From: the human T2T-CHM13v2.0 reference genome, Homo sapiens
Assembly (NCBI RefSeq): GCF_009914755.1
Contig: NC_060942.1
Strand: one strand, 5' to 3'
DNA: 64,000 nucleotides
The notes under the pieces were generated by a model that had not been told where the DNA came from, did not search any database, and was given only the letters and a program-made list of their open reading frames with translations. Within the stretch, counting starts at the first letter, position 1; every line of letters starts with the position of its first letter. This document shows, one piece after another, positions 53,940 through 64,000 of the stretch. Both the position numbers and the translations under genes were made by a program.

Positions 53940-54469
53940 TAAAATCTAGACAGAAGCATTCTCAGAAACTTCTTTGGGATGTTTGCATTCAAGTCACAGA
54001 GTAGAACATTCCCTTTGGTAGAGCAGGTTTGAAACCCTCTTTTTGTAGTATCTGGAAGTGGACATTTGGAGCGCTATCAGGCCCATGTTGGAAAGGGAAA
54101 TATCTTCCCGTAACAACTAGGCAGAAGCATTGTCAGAAACTTATTTGAGATGTGTGTACTCAACTAAGAGAATTGAACCACCGTTTTGAAGGAGCAGTTT
54201 TGAAACACTCTTTTTCTGGAATCTGCAAGAGTATATTTGCCTAGCCTTGAAGATTTCGTTGGAAACGGGATTGTCTTCAGATAAAATCTAGACAGAAGCA
54301 TTCTCAGAAACTTCTTTGGGATGTTTGCATTCAAGTCACAGAGTAGAACATTCCCTTTGGTAGAGCAGGTTTGAAACACTCTTTTTTTAGTATATGGAAG
54401 TGGACATTTGGAGCGCTTTCAGGCCTACGTTGGAAAAGGAAATATCTTCCCATAACAACTAGACAGAAG

Positions 54470-55487
54470 CATTCTCAGAAACTAGTTTCTGATGTGTGTC
54501 CTCAACTAACACAGTTGAACTTTTCTTTAGACAGAACAGTTTTGAAACACTCTTTTTGTAGAATTTGCAAGTGGATATTTGGCTAGATTTGAGGATTTCG
54601 TTGGAAACGGGATTACATATAAAAAGCAGACAGCAGCATTCTCAGAAAGTTCTTTGTGATGATTGCATTCAAGTCACAGAATTGAACATTCCCTTTCACA
54701 GAGCAGGTTTGAAACACTCTTTTTGTAGTGTGTGTAAGTGGACATTTGGAGCGATTTCCGGCCTAAGGTGAAAAAGGAAATATCTTCCCATAAAAACTAG
54801 ACAGAAGCATTCTCAGAAACTTACTCGTGATGTGTGTCCTCAACTAAAGGAGTAGAACCTTTCTATTCATAGAGAAGTTTTCAAACGCTCTTTTTGTGGA
54901 ATCTCCAAGTGGATATTTGGCTAGTTTTGAGGATTTCGTTTGAAGCGGGAATTCATACAAATTGCAGACTGCAGCGTTTTGAGAAACATCTTTGTGATGT
55001 TTGTATTCAGGACACAGAGATGAACATTCCCTATCATAGAGCAGGTTGGAATCACTCCTTTTGTAGTATCTGGAAGTGGACATTTGGAGCGCTTTCAGGC
55101 CTATGTTGAAAAAGGAAATATCTTCCCATAACAACTAGACACAAGCATTCTCAGAAACTTGTTTGTGATGTGTGCCCTCTACTGACAGAGTTGAACCTTT
55201 CTTTTCATAGAGCAGTTTTGAAACACTCTTTTTGTAGAATCTGCAAGAGGATATTTGCATAGCTTTGAGGATTTCGTGGGAAACGGGATTGTCTTCAGGT
55301 AAAATCTAGACAGAAGCATTCTCAGAAACTTCTTTGGGATGTTTGCATTCAAGTCACAGAGTAGAACATTCCCTTTGGTAGAGCAGGTTTGAAACCCTTT
55401 TTTTGTAGTATCTGGAAGTGGACATTTGGAGCGCTTTCAGGCCCATGTTGGAAAGGGAAATATCTTCCCGTAACAACTAGGCAGAAG
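54470..55487 (+). repeat. 6-mer HOR variant (1018 bp), clean loss of dimer D
   Basis: A complete C dimer (…GCCCATG…CCCGTAACAACTAGGCAG) joins directly to the E monomer (AAACTAGTTTCTGATG) at ~55488. Confidence 0.9.
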
Positions 55488-58400
55488 CATTCTCAGAAAC
55501 TAGTTTCTGATGTGTGTCCTCAACTAACACAGTTGAACTTTTCTTTAGACAGAACAGTTTTGAAACACTCTTTTTGTGGAATCTGCAAGTGGATATTTGG
55601 CTAGATTTGAGGATTTCGTTGGAAACGGGATTACATATAAAAAGCAGACAGCAGCATTCTCAGAAAGTTCTTTGTGATGATTGCATTCAAGTCACAGAAT
55701 TGAACATTCCCTTTCACAGAGCAGGTTTGAAACACTCTTTTTGTAGTGTGTGTAAGTGGACATTTGGAGCGCTTTCCGGCCTAAGGTGAAAAAGGAAATA
55801 TCTTCCCATAAAAACTAGACAGAAGCATTCTCAGAAACTTACTCGTGATGTGTGTCCTCAACTAAAGGAGTAGAACCTTTCTATTCATAGAGAAGTTTTG
55901 AAATGCTCTTTTTGTGGAATCTCCAAGTGGATATTTGGCTAGTTTTGAGGATTTCGTTGGAAGCGGGAATTCATACAAATTGCAGACTGCAGCGTTCTGA
56001 GAAACATCTTTGTGATGTTTGTATTCAGGACACAGAGATGAACATTCCCTATCATAGAGCAGGTTGGAATCACTCCTTTTGTAGTATCTGGAAGTGGACA
56101 TTTGGAGCGCTTTCAGGCCTATGTTGAAAAAGGAAATATCTTCCCATAACAACTAGACACAAGCATTCTCAGAAACTTGTTTGTGATGTGTGCCCTCTAC
56201 TGACAGAGTTGAACCTTTCTTTTCATAGAGCAGTTTTGAAACACTCTTTTTGTAGAATCTGCAAGAGGATATTTGCATAGCTTTGAGGATTTCGTGGGAA
56301 ACGGGATTGTCTTCAGGTAAAATCTAGACAGAAGCATTCTCAGAAACTTCTTTGGGATGTTTGCATTCAAGTCACAGAGTAGAACATTCCCTTTGGTAGA
56401 GCAGGTTTGAAACCCTCTTTTTGTAGTATCTGGAAGTGGACATTTGGAGCGCTTTCAGGCCCATGTTGGAAAGGGAAATATCTTCCCGTAACAACTAGGC
56501 AGAAGCATTCTCAGAAACTTATTTGAGATGTGTGTACTCAACTAAGAGAATTGAACCACCGTTTTGAAGGAGCAGTTTTGAAACACTCTTTTTCTGGAAT
56601 CTGCAAGAGTATATTTGCCTAGCCTTGAGGATTTCGTTGGAAACGGGATTGTCTTCAGATAAAATCTAGACAGAAGCATTCTCAGAAACTTCTTTGGGAT
56701 GTTTGCATTCAAGTCACAGAGTAGAACATTCCCTTTGGTAGAGCAGGTTTGAAACACTCTTTTTTTAGTATATGGAAGTGGACATTTGGAGCGCTTTCAG
56801 GCCTACGTTGGAAAAGGAAATATCTTCCCATAACAACTAGACAGAAGCATTCTCAGAAACTAGTTTCTGATGTGTGTCCTCAACTAACACAGTTGAACTT
56901 TTCTTTAGACAGAACAGTTTTGAAACACTCTTTTTGTGGAATCTGCAAGTGGATATTTGGCTAGATTTGAGGATTTCGTTGGAAACGGGATTACATATAA
57001 AAAGCAGACAGCAGCATTCTCAGAAAGTTCTTTGTGATGATTGCATTCAAGTCACAGAATTGAACATTCCCTTTCACAGAGCAGGTTTGAAACACTCTTT
57101 TTGTAGTGTGTGTAAGTGGACATTTGGAGCGCTTTCCGGCCTAAGGTGAAAAAGGAAATATCTTCCCATAAAAACTAGACAGAAGCATTCTCAGAAACTT
57201 ACTCGTGATGTGTGTCCTCAACTAAAGGAGTAGAACCTTTCTATTCGTAGAGAAGCTTTGAAATGCTCTTTTTGTGGAATCTCCAAGTGGATATTTGGCT
57301 AGTTTTGAGGATTTCGTTGGAAGCGGGAATTCATACAAATTGCAGACTGCAGCGTTCTGAGAAACATCTTTGTGATGTTTGTATTCAGGACACAGAGAGG
57401 AACATTCCCTATCATAGAGCAGGTTGGAATCACTCCTTTTGTAGTATCTGGAAGTGGACATTTGGAGCGCTTTCAGGCCTATGTTGAAAAAGGAAATATC
57501 TTCCCATAACAACTAGACACAAGCATTCTCAGAAACTTGTTTGTGATGTGTGCCCTCTACTGACAGAGTTGAACCTTTCTTTTCATAGAGCAGTTTTGAA
57601 ACACTCTTTTTGTAGAATCTGCAAGAGGATATTTGCATAGCTTTGAGGATTTCGTGGGAAACGGGATTGTCTTCAGGTAAAATCTAGACAGAAGCATTCT
57701 CAGAAACTTCTTTGGGATGTTTACATTCAAGTCACAGAGTAGAACATTCCCTTTGGTAGAGCAGGTTTGAAACCCTCTTTTTGTAGTATCTGGAAGTGGA
57801 CATTTGGAGCGCTTTCTGGCCCATGTTGCAAAGGGAAATATCTTCCCGTAACAACTAGGCAGAAGCATTCTCAGAAACTTATTTGAGATGTGTGTACTCA
57901 ACTAAGAGAATTGAACCACCGTTTTGAAGGAGCAGTTTTGAAACACTCTTTTTCTGGAATCTGCAAGAGGATATTTGCCTAGCCTTGAGGATTTCGTTGG
58001 AAACGGGATTGTCTTCAGATCAAATCTAGACAGAAGCATTCTCAGAAACTTCTTTGGGATGTTTGCATTCAAGTCACAGAGTAGAACATTCCCTTTGGTA
58101 GAGCAGGTTTGAAACACTCTTTTTTTAGTATATGGAAGTGGACATTTGGAGCACTTTCAGGCCTACGTTGGAAAAGGAAATATCTTCCCATAACAACTAG
58201 ACAGAAGCATTCTCAGAAACTAGTTTCTGATGTGTGTCCTCAACTAACACAGTTGAACTTTTCTTTAGACAGAACAGTTTTGAAACACTCTTTTTGTGGA
58301 ATCTGCAAGTGGCTATTTGGCTAGATTTGAGGATTTCGTTGGAAACGGGATTACATATAAAAAGCAGACAGCAGCATTCTCAGAAAGTTCTTTGTGATGA

Positions 58401-61400
58401 CTGCATTCTAGTCACAGGATTGAACATTCCCTTTCACAGAGCAGGTTTGAAACACTCTTTTTGTAGTGTGTGTAAGTGGACATTTGGAGCGCTTTCCGGC
58501 CTAAGGTGAAAAAGGAAATATCTTCCCATAAAAACTAGACAGAAGCATTCTCAGAAACTTACTCGTGATGTGTGTCCTCAACTAAAGGAGTAGAACCTTT
58601 CTATTCATAGAGAAGTTTTGAAACGCTCTTTTTGTGGAATCTCCAAGTGGATATTTGGCTAGTTTTGAGGATTTCGTTGGAAGCGGGAATTCATACAAAT
58701 TGCAGACTGCAGCGTTATGAGAAACATCTTTGTGATGTTTTTATTCAGGACACAGAGATGAACATTCCCTATCATAGAGCAGGTTGGAATCACTCCTTTT
58801 GTAGTATCTGGAAGTGGACATTTGGAGCGCTTTCAGGCCTATGTTGAAAAAGGAAATATCTTCCCATAACAACTAGACACAAGCATTCTCAGAAACTTGT
58901 TTGTGATGTGTATCCTGTACTGACAGAGTTGAACCTTTCTTTTCATAGAGCAGTTTTGAAACACTCTTTTTGTAGAATCTGCAAGAGGATATTTGCATAG
59001 CTTTGAGGATTTCGTGGGAAACGGGATTGTCTTCAGGTAAAATCTAGACAGAAGCATTCTCAGAAACTTCTTTGGGATGTTTGCATTCAAGTCACAGAGT
59101 AGAACATTCCCTTTGGTAGAGCAGGTTTGAAACACTCTTTTTGTAGTATCTGGAAGTGGACATTTGGAGCGCTTTCAGGCCCATGTTGGAAAGGGAAATA
59201 TCTTCCCGTAACAACTAGGCAGAAGCATTCTCTGAAACTTTTTTGAGATGTGTGTACTCAACTAAGAGAATTGAACCACCGTTTTGAAGGAGCAGTTTTG
59301 AAACACTCTTTTTCTGGAATCTGCTAGAGGATATTTGCCTAGCTTTGAGGATTTCGTTGGAAACCGGATTGTCTTCAGATAAAATCTAGACAGAAGCATT
59401 CTCAGAAACTTCTTTGGGATGTTTGTATTCAAGTCACAGAGTAGAACATTCCCTTTGGTAGAGCAGGTTTGAAACACTCTTTTTTTAGTATATGGAAATG
59501 GACATTTGGAGCGCTTTCAGGCCTACGTTGGAAAAGGAAATATCTTCCCATAACAACTAGAAAGAAGCATTCTCAGAAACTAGTTTCTGATGTGTGTCCT
59601 CAACTAACACAGTTGAACTTTTCTTTAGACAGAACAGTTTTGAAACACTCTTTTTGTGGAATCTGCAAGTGGATATTTGGCTAGATATGAGGATTTCGTT
59701 GGAAACGGGATTACATATAAAAAGCAGACAGCAGCATTCTCAGAAAGTTCTTTGTGATGATTGCATTCAAGTCACAGAATTGAACATTCCCTTTCACAGA
59801 GCAGGTTTGAAACACTCTTTTTGTAGTGTGTGTAAGTGGACATTTGGAGCGCTTTCCGGCCTAAGGTGAAAAAGGAAATATCTTCCCATAAAAACTAGAC
59901 AGAAGCATTCTCAGAAACTTACTCGTGATGTGTGTCCTCAACTAAAGGAGTAGAACCTTTCTATTCATAGAGAAGTTTTGAAATGCTCTTTTTGTGGAAT
60001 CTCCAAGTGGATATTTGGCTAGTTTTGAGGATTTCGTTGGAAGCGGGAATTCATACAAATTGCAGACTGCAGCGTTCTGAGAAACATCTTTGTGATGTTT
60101 GTATTCAGGACACAGAGATGAACATTCCCTATCATAGAGCAGGTTGGAATCACTCCTTTTGTAGTATCTGGAAGTGGACATTTGGAGCGCTTTCAGGCCT
60201 ATGTTGAAAAAGGAAATATCTTCCCATAACAACTAGACACAAGCATTCTCAGAAACTTGTTTGTGATGTGTGCCCTCTACTGACAGAGTTGAACCTTTCT
60301 TTTCATAGAGCAGTTTTGAAACACTCTTTTTGTAGAATCTGCAAGAGGATATTTGCATAGCTTTGAGGATTTCGTGGGAAACGGGATTGTCTTCAGGTAA
60401 AATCTAGACAGAAGCATTCTCAGAAACTTCTTTGGGATGTTTGCATTCAAGTCACAGAGTAGAACATTCCCTTTGGTAGAGCAGGTTTGAAACCCTCTTT
60501 TTGTAGTATCTGGAAGTGGACATTTGGAGCGCTTTCAGGCCCATGTTGGAAAGGGAAATATCTTCCCGTAACAACTAGGCAGAAGCATTCTCAGAAACTT
60601 ATTTGAGATGTGTGTACTCAACTAAGAGAATTGAACCACCGTTTTGAAGGAGCAGTTTTCAAACACTCTTTTTCTGGAATCTGCAAGAGTATATTTGCCT
60701 AGCCTTGAGGATTTCGTTGGAAACGGGATTGTCTTCAGATAAAATCTAGACAGAAGCATTCTCAGAAACTTCTTTGGGATGTTTGCATTCAAGTCACAGA
60801 GTAGAACATTCCCTTTGGTAGAGCAGGTTTGAAACACTCTTTTTTTAGTATATGGAAGTGGACATTTGGAGCGCTTTCAGGCCTATGTTGGAAAAGGAAA
60901 TATCTTCCCATAACAACTAGACAGAAGCATTCTCAGAAACTAGTTTCTGATGTGTGTCCTCAACTAACACAGTTGAACTTTTCTTTAGACAGAACAGTTT
61001 TGAAACACTCTTTTTGTGGAATCTGCAAGTGGATATTTGGCTAGATTTGAGGATTTCGTTGGAAACGGGATTACATATAAAAAGCAGACAGCAGCATTCT
61101 CAGAAAGTTCTGTGTGATGATTGCATTCAAGTCACAGAATTGAACATTCCCTTTCACAGAGCAGGTTTGAAACACTCTTTTTGTAGTGTGTGTAAGTGGA
61201 CATTTGGAGCGCTTTCCGGCCTAAGGTGAAAAAGGAAATATCTTCCCATAAAAACTAGACAGAAGCATTCTCAAAAACTTACTCGTGATGTGTGTCCTCA
61301 ACTAAAGGAGTAGAACCTTTCTATTCATAGAGAAGTTTTGAAACGCTCTTTTTGTGGAATCTCCAAGTGGATATTTGGCTAGTTTTGAGGATTTCGTTGG

Positions 61401-64000
61401 AAGCGGGAATTCATACAAATTGCAGACTGCAGCGTTCTGAGAAACATCTTTGTGATGTTTGTATTCAGGACACAGAGATGAACATTCCCTATCATAGAGC
61501 AGGTTGGAATCACTCCTTTTGTAGTATCTGGAAGTGGACATTTGGAGCGCTTTCAGGCCTATGTTGAAAAAGGAAATATCTTCCCATAACAACTAGACAC
61601 AAGCATTCTCAGAAACTTGTTTGTGATGTGTGCCCTCTACTGACAGAGTTGAACCTTTCTTTTCATAGAGCAGTTTTGAAACACTCTTTTTGTAGAATCT
61701 GCAAGAGGATATTTGCATAGCTTTGAGGATTTCGTGGGAAACGGGATTGTCTTCAGGTAAAATCTAGACAGAAGCATTCTCAGAAACTTCTTTGGGATGT
61801 TTGCATTCAAGTCACAGAGTAGAACATTCCCTTTGGTAGAGCAGGTTTGAAACACTCTTTTTGTAGTATCTGGAAGTGGACATTTGGAGCGCTTTCAGGC
61901 CTATGTTGGAAAGGGAAATATCTTCCCTTAACAACTAGGCAGAAGCATTCTCAGAAACTTATTTGAGATGTGTGTACTCAACTAAGAGAATTGAACCACC
62001 GTTTTGAAGGACCAGTTTTGAAACACTCTTTTTCTGGAATCTGCAAGAGGATATTTGCCTAGCTTTGAGGATTTCGTTGGAAACGGGATTGTTTTCAGAT
62101 AAAATCTAGACAGAAGCATTCTCAGAAACTTCTTTGGGATGTTTGCATTCAAGTCACAGAGTAGAACATTCCCTTTGGTAGAGCAGGTTTGAAACACTCT
62201 TTTTGTAGTATCTGGAAGCAGACATTTGGAGCGCTTTCAGGCCTATGTTGGAAAGGGAAATATCTTCCCTTAACAACTAGGCAGAAGCATTCTCAGAAAC
62301 TTATTTGAGATGTTTGTACTCAACTAACAGAATTGAACCACCCTTTTGAAGGAGCAGTTTTGAAACACTCTTTTTCTGGAATCTGCAAGAGTATATTTGC
62401 CTAGCTTTGAGGATTTCGTTGGAAACCGGATTGTCTTCAGATCAAATCTAGATAGAAGCATTCAAAGAAACTTCTTTGGGATGTTTGCATTCAAGGCCCA
62501 GAGTAGAACATTCCCTTTGGTAGAGCAGGTTTGAAACACTCTTTTTTTCGTATATGGAAGTGGACATTTGGAGCGCTTTCAGGCCTACGTTGGAAAAGGA
62601 AATATCTTCCCATAACAACTAGACAGAAGCATTCTCAGAAACTTATTTGAGATGTGTGTACTCAACTAAGAGAATTGAACCACCGTTTTGAAGGAGCAGT
62701 TTTGAAACACTCTTTTTCTGGAATCTGCAAGTGGATATTTAGCTAGATTTGAGGATTTCGTTGGAAACGGGATTACATATACAAAGCAGACAGCAGCAGT
62801 CTCAGAAAGTTCATTGTGATGATTGCATTCAAGTCACAGAATTGAACATTCCCTTTCACAGAGCAGGTTTGAAACACTCTTTTTGTAGTGTGTGTAAGTG
62901 GACATTTGGAGCACTTTCCGGCCTAAGGTGAAAAAGGAAATATCTTCCCATAAAAACTAGACAGAAGCATTCTCAGAAACTTACTCGTGATGTGTGTCCT
63001 CAACTAAAGGTGTAGAACCTTTCTTTTCATAGAGAAGTTTTGAAACGCTCTTTTTGTGGAATCTGCAAGTGGATATTTGGCTAGTTTTGAGGATTTCGTT
63101 GGAAGCGGGAATTCATACAAATTGCAGACTGCAGCGTTCTGAGAAACATCTTTGTGATGTTTGTATTCAGGACAGAGAGTTGAACATTCCCTATCATAGA
63201 GCAGGTTGGAATCACTCCTTTTGTAGTATCTGGAAGTGGACATTTGGAGCGCTTTCAGGCCTATGTTGAAAAAGGAAATATCTTCCCATAACAACTAGAC
63301 ACAAGCATTCTCAGAAACTTGTTTGTGATGTGTGCCCTCTACTGACAGAGTTGAACCTTTCTTTTCATAGAGCAGTTTTGAAACACTCTTTTTGTAGAAT
63401 CTGCAAGAGGATATTTGCATAGCTTTGAGGATTTCGTGGGAAACAGGATTGTCTTCAGGTAAAATCTAGACAGAAGCATTCTCAGAAACTTCTTTGGGAT
63501 GTTTGCATTCAAGTCACAGAGTAGAACATTCCCTTTGGTAGAGCAGGTTTGAAACCCTCTTTTTGTAGTATCTGGAAGTGGACATTTGGAGCGCTTTCAG
63601 GCCCATGTTGGAAAGGGAAATATCTTCCCGTAACAACTAGGCCGAAGCATTGTCAGAAACTTATTTGAGATGTGTGTACTCAACTAAGAGAATTGAACCA
63701 CCGTTTTGAAGGAGCAGTTTTCAAACACTCTTTTTCTGGAATCTGCAAGAGTATATTTGCCTAGCCTTGAGGATTTCGTTGGAAACGGGATTGTCTTCAC
63801 ATAAAATCTAGACAGAAGCATTCTCAGAAACTTCTTTGGGATGTTTGCATTCAGGTCACAGACTAGAACATTCCCTTTGGTAGAGCAGTTTTGAAACACT
63901 CTTTTTTTAGTATATGGAAGTGGACATTTGGAGCGCTTTCAGGCCTACGTTGGAAAAGGAAATATCTTCCCATAACAACTAGACAGAAGCATTCTCAGAA

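Larger units (their letters stand above)
1..64000 (+). repeat. Centromeric alpha-satellite higher-order repeat array, dimeric SF2 type, most likely human chr18 D18Z1 (S2C18H1L)
   Basis: The CATTCTCAGAAAC monomer start recurs every ~167-171 bp throughout, with a CENP-B box in alternate monomers. Periods of 2035 bp and 1360 bp are seen in the sequence and the ORF track. EcoRI sites at 579, 1939 and 2614 give 1360 and 675 bp fragments, matching my recall of the 1.36/0.68-kb D18Z1 pattern. The alpha-satellite call is essentially certain; the chromosome assignment is about 0.8. Confidence 0.97.
38492..64000 (+). repeat. 8-mer HOR block 2 (16 8-mers, two 6-mers, one 10-mer)
   Basis: Anchors run in 1360-bp steps except 46678-47696 (1018), 54496-55514 (1018) and 60954-62656 (1702). 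Dimer E mostly carries GATATTTGGC / TTGAACTTTT / AGCAGACAG. Confidence 0.92.

Noticed and set aside
114-63899. About 200 short ORFs (60-125 aa) on both strands
   Set aside because: They recur with the satellite period, overlap in conflicting frames and often begin at non-ATG codons. SNVs and indels break them at random, and I recognise no protein domain. They were useful only as periodicity markers.
1-64000. CRISPR-like array (conserved CAGAAGCATTCTCAGAAAC motif with intervening sequence)
   Set aside because: The intervening sequences are ~150 bp, homologous to one another and periodic rather than unique spacers. There is no leader or cas gene.
1-64000. Transposon insertion (L1/Alu), inversion or unique-sequence island
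   Set aside because: Every anchor-to-anchor distance is explained by whole monomers (within 3 bp), and the boxes I read are all on the + strand. I saw no poly-A tail, target-site duplication or foreign sequence.
1-64000. Alternative identity as the chr20 D20Z2 array or another SF2 array
   Set aside because: The 2035-bp 12-mer with a 1360-bp 8-mer and 675-bp EcoRI tetramer fits D18Z1 better by recall. It is not formally excluded without an HMM or BLAST comparison.
1-64000. A previously undescribed gene-encoded biological system
   Set aside because: There is no supporting evidence. The window is fully accounted for by a known satellite class, and any novelty is limited to its local rearrangement history.

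Overview
The whole 64-kb window is one uninterrupted, single-orientation array of primate (human-type) centromeric alpha satellite. It consists of ~171-bp monomers in a dimeric arrangement, with a CENP-B box about every 337-342 bp. The monomers form higher-order repeats (HORs): a 2035-bp 12-mer and a dominant 1360-bp 8-mer, plus 6-, 10- and 14-mer variants. The 12-mer/8-mer pair and EcoRI spacing of 1360+675 bp best fit the chromosome 18 active array D18Z1 (suprachromosomal family 2); this call is from recall, not a database search. I see no protein-coding gene, RNA gene, CRISPR array, transposon insertion or inversion, and all listed ORFs are repeat by-products. I found no new gene system. 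What is notable is the recombination history readable from the sequence: two near-identical multi-HOR tandem duplications (6114 bp and 6458 bp, the latter creating a 6-mer at its junction), older dispersed copies, reciprocal 12-mer/8-mer recombinants, a chimeric monomer, SNV haplotype domains and degraded CENP-B boxes. Dimer labels A-F are my own, named by the CENP-B boxes at 227, 564, 902, 1244, 1586 and 1924. All comparisons were made by eye and need alignment to confirm.
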